Shown piece after piece: positions 8,113-16,922 of a stretch of 32,000 bases of DNA. Below the pieces are notes generated by a model. The model did not search any database. It was not told where the DNA came from and saw nothing but the letters and a program-made list of their open reading frames with translations. Positions within the stretch are counted from its first letter, which is position 1. Each line of letters starts with the position of its first letter. Source of the DNA: Alcanivorax sp. (GTDB lineage Bacteria; Pseudomonadota; Gammaproteobacteria; Pseudomonadales; Alcanivoracaceae); NCBI GenBank assembly GCA_022565695.1, contig JAIUME010000007.1, forward strand, positions 46,754 through 78,753. Direction: 5' to 3'. The position numbers were made by a program, and so were the translations under genes.

Positions 8113-9033
8113 ATGTCGATGGCAGATCGTGACGGCTTTATCTGGCTGGATGGTGAACTGGTTCCCTGGCGTGATGCCCGGGTCCATGTGCTGACTCATA
8201 CGCTGCATTACGGGATGGGCGTATTCGAGGGTGTGCGCGCATATGAAACCGCCCGTGGCCCGGCCATCTTCCGCTTGCAGGATCACACCGACCGGCTGTT
8301 CGGGTCGGCGCATATTCTGCAGATGAAACTGCCGTTCACCAAGGAGCAGGTTAACGCAGCACAGATCGAAGCCGTACGCGCCAACAACCTGCCGCACGCC
8401 TACCTGCGCCCGATGGCGTTCTATGGCAGCGAAGGTATGGGGCTGCGCGCGGCCAACCTGAAAGTGCACCTGATGGTAGCCGGTTGGGAATGGCCTGCTT
8501 ATATGTCCCCTGACGCACTGGAAGTCGGCATCAAGGTGCGCACCAGCTCCTACACGCGACACCATGTCAACATCACCATGTGCAAAGCCAAGGCGAACGG
8601 TAATTACATGAATTCGATGCTGGCGCTGAACGAGGCCCTGTCAGGCGGTGCAGATGAGGCGCTGCTGCTCGACAACGAGGGTTATGTTGCTGAAGGCAGC
8701 GGCGAAAACATCTTCCTGGTGCGTAATGGCGTGCTCTATACCCCGGAGCTGACCTCCTGCCTGGATGGGATTACCCGCCGCACCATTTTCACGCTGGCGG
8801 CAGATTGCGGCTACGAAGTACGCGAAAAACGTATCACTCGCGATGAGGTCTATGTGGCGGACGAGGCCTTCTTCACCGGTACTGCTGCGGAAGTTACGCC
8901 GATTCGTGAGTTGGATGGGCGCCAGATCGGTGAGGGACACCGGGGGCCGATTACCGAGCAGTTGCAGGCGTTGTATTTCGATACGGTGCAGGGTAAGGCT
9001 GAGCAGTACAGTGACTGGTTGACGTACGTTTAA
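8113..9033 (+). CDS. ilvE: branched-chain amino acid aminotransferase
   Basis: MSMADRDGFIWLDGELVPW...HTLHYGMGVFEGVRAY...EGSGENIF...GITR match class IV aminotransferase IlvE. ATG 8113 has better GGGAG spacing than the track start at 8104. Confidence 0.95.
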   Translation: MSMADRDGFIWLDGELVPWRDARVHVLTHTLHYGMGVFEGVRAYETARGPAIFRLQDHTDRLFGSAHILQMKLPFTKEQVNAAQIEAVRANNLPHAYLRPMAFYGSEGMGLRAANLKVHLMVAGWEWPAYMSPDALEVGIKVRTSSYTRHHVNITMCKAKANGNYMNSMLALNEALSGGADEALLLDNEGYVAEGSGENIFLVRNGVLYTPELTSCLDGITRRTIFTLAADCGYEVREKRITRDEVYVADEAFFTGTAAEVTPIRELDGRQIGEGHRGPITEQLQALYFDTVQGKAEQYSDWLTYV

Positions 9034-9105
9034 AGCGGCTTGCAAGCGGAACTGTGGTCTTCTGCTTGAGCTGGCCACAGCATACCCAGGCAACAGACGA
9101 GGAAG

Positions 9106-10083
9106 GTGATGAAGGCTGGCGAAAATCGATCGTTTTATACCCCGCCGAGCGAGCATGATATCGTCATCGTTGGCGCTTGTGATGATAACTATGCTCGCCA
9201 TTTGTCAGTTGCATTCGTTTCTTTGCTGATTAATGCAAGTGATCCCTCCCGCTGCCGTCTTTTTTGCCTGGATGGTGGTCTGAAGGAGGGCTCTCGATCT
9301 TTCCTGGAAAACGCTGTTTCTGGTCATGGTGGACGGTTGGATTTTATTGGCGGAGATTGGTCTGAATACAAGGGTTTTGGCACGGTTAAACACATAACGC
9401 ATGCTGCATATTACCGGGTTTCCATCCCAGAGCTTTTTGACGATTCGGTGGAAAAGGCGATCTACCTTGATTGCGATGTGATCGTTAAAGCGGATATTTC
9501 CGAGCTTTGGGATGCGGATATTGGAGACTGTCCAGTCGGAGCGGTAGAAAATATTGCAAAGCATACTTTCCTGAAGTCCGGGTTGGAGCAGAAAGACTAT
9601 TTTAATTCAGGAGTTATGCTTTTGAACCTGCGTCGCTGGCGGAAAGATAATATTGCGAGCCAAGTGCGTGATTTCAAGGTTAGTCATCCCGAGCGCATCA
9701 GTACCAACGATCAGTGTGCAATTAACGGTGTTCTCAAGGGTGATTGGTTCCATCTTCCCCTCAGGTGGAATCAGCAAACGGGGATCTATCGAGAAAGCAA
9801 ACAGGTTAAGGGGCTTCCTGCCGATCAGGTAGAGGCCGCTCGGTTCCATCCGTCAATCATTCATTATATTGGTAGTGATAAGCCATGGAATGCGGTCTGC
9901 TTCCACCCTTTTCAGGGTGAATACTGGCGCTACGCAGCCAGGCTGGGCATTGAGCAGCCGGCGAACCTGAAAAGAGTCTGCAGGAGGGCGGCGTTCAGTT
10001 CGTTCTCTCTATTCAAGAAGTTTATCAGAAAGTGGGTGCGGCAGTGGCGTTTGAGGCGTGCCGGAGTTTCTCTTTATCTATGA
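9106..10083 (+). CDS. glycosyltransferase family 8 (RfaI/RfaJ-like LPS hexosyltransferase)
   Basis: The N-terminus has [16 protein letters not shown]. It also has the DxD motif (YLDCDVIV), [13 protein letters not shown] and HYIGSDKPW, and a basic amphipathic C-terminal tail. GC is lower than the flanks. Confidence 0.85.
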   Translation: MMKAGENRSFYTPPSEHDIVIVGACDDNYARHLSVAFVSLLINASDPSRCRLFCLDGGLKEGSRSFLENAVSGHGGRLDFIGGDWSEYKGFGTVKHITHAAYYRVSIPELFDDSVEKAIYLDCDVIVKADISELWDADIGDCPVGAVENIAKHTFLKSGLEQKDYFNSGVMLLNLRRWRKDNIASQVRDFKVSHPERISTNDQCAINGVLKGDWFHLPLRWNQQTGIYRESKQVKGLPADQVEAARFHPSIIHYIGSDKPWNAVCFHPFQGEYWRYAARLGIEQPANLKRVCRRAAFSSFSLFKKFIRKWVRQWRLRRAGVSLYL

Positions 10084-10138
10084 TCCTTTTGATGCAGTGC
10101 ATGACAGGAGTGTCAGGCGTTGTGGAGGATATGAAAAA

Positions 10139-11203
10139 ATGAAAGTGATGGTTACCGGTGGCGCCGGATTCATTGGGTCTGCCGTGATACGGCATATTAT
10201 TCTATCGACCATGGACGAGGTCGTGAATGTAGATAAGCTGACCTATGCAGGAAATCTGGATTCCCTTGTTTCGGTTGCAGGTAGTGAGCGTTACACCTTT
10301 GAAAATGTAGACATCTGTGATCGAAAGGAGATGGAGCGGATCTTTGATGAGCATCAGCCAGATGTGGTAATGCATCTCGCTGCTGAAAGTCATGTAGACC
10401 GCTCCATTGATGGGCCGTCAGAGTTCGTGCATACCAATATTGTTGGGACGTGCATTCTGCTGGAGGTCGCCAGGCATTATTTCTCTTCTCTGGGCGCTGA
10501 GAAAAAAAGGAATTTCCGCTTCCATCATGTATCAACAGACGAAGTATATGGTGATTTGGGCGCGACAAGCGACCTGTTCACCGAGGAAACACCATACGCT
10601 CCAAGTTCTCCTTATGCTGCTTCGAAGGCAAGCTCTGATCATCTTGTGCGCGCTTGGTCGCGCACTTATGGGCTCCCGATCCTGATCACCAACTGCTCAA
10701 ATAATTATGGGCCCTTCCAGTTTCCGGAAAAGCTTATCCCGCTAATGATACTGAATGCGCTCGAAGGGAAGCCGTTGCCCGTTTATGGGAAGGGTACACA
10801 AGTGCGTGACTGGCTTTACGTTGATGATCATGCCAGGGCGCTCTATGTTGTCGCAATCAAGGGGAGGGTTGGGGAAACCTATAATATAGGTGGTTACAAT
10901 GAGAAGCAGAACATTGATGTCGTAAACGTGTTGTGTGAGACCCTTAATGAAATGCTGACGGCTGACTTCGACTTCCGGGATTTGATAGTTTTTGTGGAGG
11001 ACCGACCGGGCCATGATGAGCGCTATGCGATTGACGCTTCAAAAGTCTATAGAGAATTAGGTTGGCGCCCAGATGAGACTTTTGAGGCTGGCATTCGAAA
11101 AACCGTAAAGTGGTATTTGGACAATCGTGACTGGTGGCGGAAGGTTCAGGATGGTTCTTACTGTCAGGGGCGCCTTGGTTTGAACAGGGAGGATCAGAAG
11201 TGA
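10139..11203 (+). CDS. rfbB: dTDP-glucose 4,6-dehydratase
   Basis: [14 protein letters not shown]...[11 protein letters not shown]...[13 protein letters not shown]...NCSNNYGP are the SDR extended-family RmlB signatures. ATG 10139 is in frame within track ORF 10058..11203. Confidence 0.95.
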   Translation: MKVMVTGGAGFIGSAVIRHIILSTMDEVVNVDKLTYAGNLDSLVSVAGSERYTFENVDICDRKEMERIFDEHQPDVVMHLAAESHVDRSIDGPSEFVHTNIVGTCILLEVARHYFSSLGAEKKRNFRFHHVSTDEVYGDLGATSDLFTEETPYAPSSPYAASKASSDHLVRAWSRTYGLPILITNCSNNYGPFQFPEKLIPLMILNALEGKPLPVYGKGTQVRDWLYVDDHARALYVVAIKGRVGETYNIGGYNEKQNIDVVNVLCETLNEMLTADFDFRDLIVFVEDRPGHDERYAIDASKVYRELGWRPDETFEAGIRKTVKWYLDNRDWWRKVQDGSYCQGRLGLNREDQK

Positions 11204-12072
11204 AAGGAATAATTCTTGCCGGTGGTTCGGGCACCCGCTTGCATCCCATAACGCAAGGGGTTTCAAAGCAGCTCCTTCCCATCTATGACAAGCCGATGAT
11301 CTATTATCCGTTGTCAGTTCTAATGCTTGCCGGAATCAGGGAGATTTTGATTATAACGACCCCTGAAGATCTGGCCAGCTTCAAGAGATTGCTTGGGGAT
11401 GGGGGGCAGTTCGGCATTCAGTTGGAATACGTTACCCAGCCCAGCCCAGATGGATTAGCACAGGCATTTATTCTCGGTGAGTCTTTCATTGATGGTGAAA
11501 GCGTATGCCTTGTACTTGGAGATAATGTTTTTTATGGGCCAAACTTCACGCCAAAATTAAGATCCGCCTCCCAGATAACTAAAGGTGCGACTGTTTTCGG
11601 TTATCAGGTCAAAGACCCTGAAAGATTTGGAGTGGTTTCCTTTGATCAGAATAATAAGGCAATCTCGATTGAGGAAAAGCCGGCCACGCCGAAATCAAGC
11701 TATGCCGTTACCGGATTATACTTTTACGATAGCGATGTCGTTGAGATTGCAAAGAAAGTCACACCATCAGAGAGAGGGGAGTTGGAGATCACGGCTGTAA
11801 ATCAGGCGTATTTACAGCGAGGAGATCTTCATGTTGAGCTGCTGGGGAGAGGTTTTGCCTGGCTTGACACGGGCACCCATGAAAGTTTGCTGGAGGCTGC
11901 TCAATTCGTTGAGACTGTTGAAAAACGTCAAGGCTTCAAAATCGCATGCCTCGAAGAGATCTCATGGCGAAATGGCTGGCTTTCAAATGATGAAGTTATC
12001 CGTCAGGCTGAGAAAACCAGTAAGAATTCGTATGGTCAGTATCTTCGAGCATTGATCATGGAAGAGTTCTGA
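11200..12072 (+). CDS. rfbA: glucose-1-phosphate thymidylyltransferase
   Basis: [55 protein letters not shown] is the canonical RmlA N-terminus. The GTG start forms a GTGA overlap with the rfbB stop. Confidence 0.95.
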   Translation: MKGIILAGGSGTRLHPITQGVSKQLLPIYDKPMIYYPLSVLMLAGIREILIITTPEDLASFKRLLGDGGQFGIQLEYVTQPSPDGLAQAFILGESFIDGESVCLVLGDNVFYGPNFTPKLRSASQITKGATVFGYQVKDPERFGVVSFDQNNKAISIEEKPATPKSSYAVTGLYFYDSDVVEIAKKVTPSERGELEITAVNQAYLQRGDLHVELLGRGFAWLDTGTHESLLEAAQFVETVEKRQGFKIACLEEISWRNGWLSNDEVIRQAEKTSKNSYGQYLRALIMEEF

Positions 12073-12084
12073 AGGAGCTTGCCG

Positions 12085-13134
12085 ATGATTCTCCATGTCG
12101 CCACGGTAGATAAGTTTATCCCTCCATTCGTAGACCTCATAAAGAAAGAGTTCAATGGGGGAGAGCATGTGTTTTGGCTGAAGGGGGATTTCGTGAGATA
12201 TCCCGTTGAGAGAAGCGGCTCGGTGCATCTCAGGGGTAGAGGGGGCTGGGGTAAGCTCGTCGCTTTTCTGAGACTTCTTTTTCTTCTCCATGCTTCAGAC
12301 AAAGTAATGATACATGGGATGTTCAGTCCAAAGCTGGTGAGAACTCTCTCTTTATGTCCATGGCTTCTTTATAAGTGCTATTGGTTTATTTGGGGTGATG
12401 ATCTCTATCAGTATAAAAGCCATAAGAAAACGCGGCGAGCGTTAAAGAATGAAAAGCGAAGGCGGTTTGTGATTAGGCGCATAGGCCATCTTGTTACCTA
12501 TATTAAAGGTGATGTTGAGCTGGCTAGAAAATGGTATAGCGCCACCGGGGTGTATCATGAATGCTTGATGTATCTAAGCAACGTTGTTAAGCCAGAAAAT
12601 CTGGATTCTGCAAAAAAAGTGTCGACGGAAGGTCGGGTCAATGTGCTGTTGGGAAACTCAGCGGCTTTGAGCAATAATCATTTTGATGCGATGGAGCGAT
12701 TTCTCCCATATAGAAATGAGGATATAAGAATATTTGCCCCACTTTCCTATGGTGATAAATCTAATGTGGAAATGGTAGTTTCCCGGGGGAAAGATTTATT
12801 CGGAGAAAAATTCATTCCGATTACTGAGTTTGTCCCATATGATGACTACCTCAATTTTCTTAAGACTATAGATATTGGGGTTTTTAATCATAAAAGGCAG
12901 CAGGCCATGGGGAATACAATTTCCCTGATTGGTATGGGGAAGACAGTTTATATGAGGAAAGATGTTCCTCAGTGGAATTTTTTAGTGAGTTTAGGGTTGG
13001 TATTAAAGGATGTGGAGAATTTCTCTATGGATTTTATAGGATGTGAGGATATTGATAAAAACAAGAGAATTGTCCAGGTTTTTTTTTCAAGAGGAAATCT
13101 AATTAATCAGCTTTCAAGAATTTTTGAGGGATGA
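12085..13134 (+). CDS. GT56-family glycosyltransferase, WecF-like (4-acetamido-4,6-dideoxyhexosyl transferase)
   Basis: Blocks are colinear with E. coli WecF as I recall it: HGMFSPKLV...FIWGDDLY versus HGQFNPTLW...HIWGADLY, and VLLGNSAALSNNH versus ILVGNSGDRSNEH. A strong AAGGAG sits 7 nt before ATG 12085. It is the lowest-GC gene in the window (about 40%). Confidence 0.8.
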   Translation: MILHVATVDKFIPPFVDLIKKEFNGGEHVFWLKGDFVRYPVERSGSVHLRGRGGWGKLVAFLRLLFLLHASDKVMIHGMFSPKLVRTLSLCPWLLYKCYWFIWGDDLYQYKSHKKTRRALKNEKRRRFVIRRIGHLVTYIKGDVELARKWYSATGVYHECLMYLSNVVKPENLDSAKKVSTEGRVNVLLGNSAALSNNHFDAMERFLPYRNEDIRIFAPLSYGDKSNVEMVVSRGKDLFGEKFIPITEFVPYDDYLNFLKTIDIGVFNHKRQQAMGNTISLIGMGKTVYMRKDVPQWNFLVSLGLVLKDVENFSMDFIGCEDIDKNKRIVQVFFSRGNLINQLSRIFEG

Positions 13135-13138
13135 AAAG

Positions 13139-13699
13139 ATGGCGTATCTTTCCCGGCATGATCTGCTAGCCATGGGGTTTCATTACCTCGGCAAGGATGT
13201 GAAAGTGAGTGATAAGGCTAGCATCTATAGCCCCGAGACGATCTCCCTTGGGGACTTTTCGCGCATCGATGATTTTTGCGTTGTCTCTGGGAAAGTATCT
13301 ATAGGAAGGTATTGCCATATTACTCCGATGTGTCTTGTTTCTGGAGGTGTGCCCGGCGTTTTCTTGTCGGATTTCTGCACCCTGGCATATGGAGTAAAGG
13401 TGTTTGCGCAGTCAGATGATTACAGTGGCGAGACTATGGTTAATTCGTTGGTGCCGCCCCGCTTTAAGAATGAGTATTTGGCAGAGGTCGTCCTGGAGAG
13501 GCAGGTTATTGTGGGAGCGGGATCTACGATTTTTCCAGGAGTCACGATTAAAGAGGGCTGTGCGATTGGCGCGATGTCTCTGGTGCGCAGGAGTACGCTG
13601 CCGTGGGGAATATATGGTGGCGTTCCCGCGCGACGAATAAAGGATCGAATGAGGGGTATTCTCAGTTTGGAAGAGAGTTTCCTGAAAGAGATGCAGTGA
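13139..13699 (+). CDS. hexapeptide-repeat (left-handed beta-helix) acyl/acetyltransferase, probably a nucleotide-aminosugar N-acetyltransferase
   Basis: 186 aa with imperfect hexapeptide repeats (VSGKVSIGRYCHI, VIVGAGSTIFPGVTIKEGCAIGAMSLV) and a GGVPARRIKDR tail typical of the LbH acetyltransferases found in sugar clusters. Confidence 0.8.
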   Translation: MAYLSRHDLLAMGFHYLGKDVKVSDKASIYSPETISLGDFSRIDDFCVVSGKVSIGRYCHITPMCLVSGGVPGVFLSDFCTLAYGVKVFAQSDDYSGETMVNSLVPPRFKNEYLAEVVLERQVIVGAGSTIFPGVTIKEGCAIGAMSLVRRSTLPWGIYGGVPARRIKDRMRGILSLEESFLKEMQ

Positions 13700-13770
13700 T
13701 GCGCCGAATTTTCTTCCAAATTTCTGATAGAAAATCGCTCAGTTTAGTCTTTGGTTGACGGAGATTCGAA

Positions 13771-14910
13771 ATGATTCCCTTTAACATTCCCTCTCGAACA
13801 GGGATAGAGCAGAAATATGTGCTTGATGCTATTTCTGCACAAAAGCTGTGTGGTGATGGTCCGTATTCTCGCCGCTGCGAATCATGGTTTGAGAGCGTGC
13901 TTAACGTCGGAAAGACATATCTTACACCCTCTTGCACTCATGCTCTTGAACTGGCTGCACTGCTGATCGATATTCAGCCGGGTGATGAGGTCATCATGCC
14001 CAGCTATACTTTCGTAAGTACGGCGAATGCCTTTGCGTTACGCGGTGCGAAGATTGTTTTTGTCGATATTCGAGCTGACACCCAGAATCTTGACGAACGC
14101 CTGGTGGAGAGCGCCATAACGGACCGTACCAGAGCCATTGTGCCTGTTCACTATGCCGGTATTTCCTGCAGCATGAATGAAATTATGGCAATTGCGGATC
14201 GTCATGGCCTGTACGTTATTGAAGATGCAGCTCAGGGGATGATGGCCTCATTTGAAGGCCGGCCGCTTGGCGGTATTGGTCATCTTGGCACGTATAGCTT
14301 TCACGAAACCAAGAATTATACCAGTGGTGGAGAAGGCGGTTTACTGATAGTTAATGATGATCGTTTTCAGAAAAGAGCAGAGATTATTCGAGAAAAAGGC
14401 ACGAATCGGAAGCAGTTTCTCAGGGGAGTAGTAGACAAATATAGCTGGGTAGATGTTGGTAGCAGTTATTTGCCGTCCGAATTGCAGGCCGCCTACTTAT
14501 GGGGGCAGCTTGAGGCGGCGGAGAAGATTAATGATTACCGCTTGATGCTCTGGCGGAATTATTATGACGCTCTGTCACCGATGCAGGATCAGGGGCTTGT
14601 TTCATTGCCGGTGGTTCCGTCTGCTGCCAGGCATAACGGACATATGTTTTATCTCAAGTTGTCAGGCCTGGATCAGCGTGATCGTCTGATTGATTGTCTA
14701 AAACAGCGCGGCGTTCAGGCGCCGTTCCACTATGTGCCTCTCCATGATACGGCTGTAGGAAGAAAGTGGGGTCGGCTGCATGGTAGTGACCAGCAGACTA
14801 GTAAAACAGCTAATTCTTTGCTCAGGCTGCCCATGTGGTATGGCTTGGCTGAAAAGGACCAGCTTGAAGTGATAGGCTGGGTCAAGGATTTCTTCACATC
14901 GGAAGGCTAA
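13771..14910 (+). CDS. dTDP-4-amino-4,6-dideoxyhexose (WecE/RffA-like, DegT family) PLP aminotransferase
   Basis: MIPFNIPSRTGIEQKYVLDAI...KLCGDGPYSRRC...LTPSCTHALELAALLIDIQPGDEVIMPSYTFVSTANAFALRGAKIVFVDIR is very close to the remembered E. coli WecE N-terminus. GGAG precedes the ATG. Confidence 0.9.
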   Translation: MIPFNIPSRTGIEQKYVLDAISAQKLCGDGPYSRRCESWFESVLNVGKTYLTPSCTHALELAALLIDIQPGDEVIMPSYTFVSTANAFALRGAKIVFVDIRADTQNLDERLVESAITDRTRAIVPVHYAGISCSMNEIMAIADRHGLYVIEDAAQGMMASFEGRPLGGIGHLGTYSFHETKNYTSGGEGGLLIVNDDRFQKRAEIIREKGTNRKQFLRGVVDKYSWVDVGSSYLPSELQAAYLWGQLEAAEKINDYRLMLWRNYYDALSPMQDQGLVSLPVVPSAARHNGHMFYLKLSGLDQRDRLIDCLKQRGVQAPFHYVPLHDTAVGRKWGRLHGSDQQTSKTANSLLRLPMWYGLAEKDQLEVIGWVKDFFTSEG

Positions 14911-14911
14911 A

Positions 14912-15718
14912 ATGGCAAAGCCCCGCAAACATACCTTGTCAGTTTGCATCATCACAATGAACGAAGCTGATAGGTTGCGTCGTTGCCTTGAATCAGTCGC
15001 AGATATTGCCGAGGAGATCATTGTTTACGATAGCGGCAGTACAGACGAGACTGTGGCGATAGCCCGGGAATACACCGATAAGGTCTGGGTTACCGACTGG
15101 CCAGGGTTCGGTCTCCAGAAGCAGCGTGCTTTGGATCAGGCCCGCATGGAGTGGGTGCTGTCCATTGACGCGGATGAGGCGCTGGATGAGCAGGCCCGGC
15201 AGTCGCTTGGAGCATTGTTGGAGCGGGAGCAGATCGAAGAGGTTGCTTTCCGCATCCAGTGGGCGGTCATTCGGCATGGCAAGCGTCTCAAGCATGGCCG
15301 CAGTGCGCGTGCCCCATTGCGTCTTTATCGGCGTGAGGGCGCGAGATTTACGCCGGTTGCGGTTCACGAGACGATTGAGCATCCTCCTGGCAAAGTTGGC
15401 CGACTGCCGGGCTATCTGCTTCACTACACCTCACGAGACTATGGTCACGCGCTGGCGAAGAATGCCAAGTATGCATGGCTTGGTAGTCAGAAGTACTTTG
15501 AAAAAGGTAAGCGTAATCGCAGTTTGTTCGTTGTGTGTTTGCGCGCGATATGGACTTTTTTTCTAATTTATGTCTTGCGTGGTGGCTTTCTCGATGGGCG
15601 CATAGGATTTATTGTGGCGATGAATTATATGCAAGGTAACTTCAATAAACATGCAGGTCTTTGGATTCTCTCGCAGGAAGATCGCCTGCGACGTAAGCAG
15701 GAAAGGAAGTCAGGCTAG
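14912..15718 (+). CDS. glycosyltransferase family 2, WaaE/KdtX-like LPS core glycosyltransferase
   Basis: SVCIITMNEADRLRRCLESV...IVYDSGSTDET...SIDADE is the GT2 signature. The C-terminus has a hydrophobic segment. The gene starts 1 nt after the stop of the previous gene. Confidence 0.85.
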   Translation: MAKPRKHTLSVCIITMNEADRLRRCLESVADIAEEIIVYDSGSTDETVAIAREYTDKVWVTDWPGFGLQKQRALDQARMEWVLSIDADEALDEQARQSLGALLEREQIEEVAFRIQWAVIRHGKRLKHGRSARAPLRLYRREGARFTPVAVHETIEHPPGKVGRLPGYLLHYTSRDYGHALAKNAKYAWLGSQKYFEKGKRNRSLFVVCLRAIWTFFLIYVLRGGFLDGRIGFIVAMNYMQGNFNKHAGLWILSQEDRLRRKQERKSG

Positions 15719-15725
15719 TCGTTTT

Positions 15726-16802
15726 TCAGCATCGCCAGTAGCCCAGTTTGCGCCGTTCCTTCAAATTGCGTAAAAAATTAAGCGGCTTGCGCCTGACATG
15801 GTGGTTCGGCTCCAGGGATTGATCTACCGCGGCGAGTACCCGCTCGCTGGCTTTGCCATCCCGGTAGGGGTGCAGGTGGTCAACGTAATGATCAATACGT
15901 GCCATCAGGTCCGCCGGCTCTGTCAGGGCAGCCTGGATGGCACCTTTCAGGGCGGCAGGCTCTGTGATGTTCAGGAAATGCCCCTGGTCGCCCTGACTCT
16001 GATTGCGAAAGGTCACAACTGGTTTGCGCTGGACCATGAACATCAGCATCACTGATGAAGTGTCGCAGACCATTACATCGGCATGGCGCAGCAGTGGCAG
16101 TACATTGTCGGTCTCGATATACGAGAGGTTGTCATCTGCCAGTGCCTTGTAAGCTTCGACAACGGTTGGATCCATTTTCGGGTGAAACTGCACTAGCCAT
16201 TGCCAGCGGCCCGTGTCACGAAGGCGACGGACTGTGTCCAGCAGGTGTGGCGCGCAGCTCAGGCTGCGGGTGAAGGTAGAGCACAGGAGCACTGTAGGTC
16301 GCTCGTCTTTTTCAGGCAGCAGTGTGCTCGCCGCATGAGGGCCTGTGTCCGGGCTGAACAGCGGGTCCAACGCAGGCCAGCCGGTTTCTGCCACACGAAA
16401 GTAGCCATGCCTGACGGCCCGTTCCTCGAAGCCGCGGGTGGTGCTGGGTCCCTGGGTGCAATAGAGATCGAAACAGCCGCGAATATTGAAATGCCCCCGA
16501 TCGTCGCTGCGTGTTGCCTTGGCGACATTGAAACCATGGAAGACCGCAACCTTCAGGCCGGGGATAAATCCCGGGACCATATTACCCGGCACGAGCACAG
16601 CCTCCGGTTTCCAGGCGCGTATTGCATCAATATCGGCCAGCTGTTTCTCATCGTCACGTAGCCAGCTTGCATCAATCTCGTCGCCCGCCAGGAACCACCG
16701 GACCTGGCCGCCGCGTGCGCGGATGGCGGTTTGCAGCGGGCGCAGAATCGCATAGGCATAGTTCTGTTCCGCGTAGAGAAGAAAGCGCTGGGCCTGGGGC
16801 AT
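15726..16802 (-). CDS. CDP-glycerol glycerophosphotransferase (TagB/TagF) family protein
   Basis: Motifs resemble the TagF family: ETGWPALD (compare GYPRND), VLLCSTFT, VQFHPKMD and VMVCDTSSVMLMF (compare ITDYSS). The ATG at 16802 is preferred over the in-frame TTG at 16823. It is the only minus-strand gene in this part of the locus. Confidence 0.7.
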   Translation of the reverse strand: MPQAQRFLLYAEQNYAYAILRPLQTAIRARGGQVRWFLAGDEIDASWLRDDEKQLADIDAIRAWKPEAVLVPGNMVPGFIPGLKVAVFHGFNVAKATRSDDRGHFNIRGCFDLYCTQGPSTTRGFEERAVRHGYFRVAETGWPALDPLFSPDTGPHAASTLLPEKDERPTVLLCSTFTRSLSCAPHLLDTVRRLRDTGRWQWLVQFHPKMDPTVVEAYKALADDNLSYIETDNVLPLLRHADVMVCDTSSVMLMFMVQRKPVVTFRNQSQGDQGHFLNITEPAALKGAIQAALTEPADLMARIDHYVDHLHPYRDGKASERVLAAVDQSLEPNHHVRRKPLNFLRNLKERRKLGYWRC

Positions 16803-16922
16803 CGGATAACACTTCCATGGCAAATGGGCTACAATCTCGTAGGTTATATAACATACGAAGGCTGTGCTGGTCGGCCATGATAGCCGCCAGCAGTCCGCCG
16901 CGTCATGTCCAGGGAACAGTGC

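Noticed and set aside
9034-9105. Possible terminator after ilvE (palindrome GCTTGCAAGC; CTGTGG...CCACAG)
   Set aside because: The first palindrome has no loop. The second is a 6-bp stem with a 17-nt loop and no U-tract. Neither looks like an intrinsic terminator. Weak inverted repeats at 3132-3160 and 13700-13770 were discounted for the same reason.
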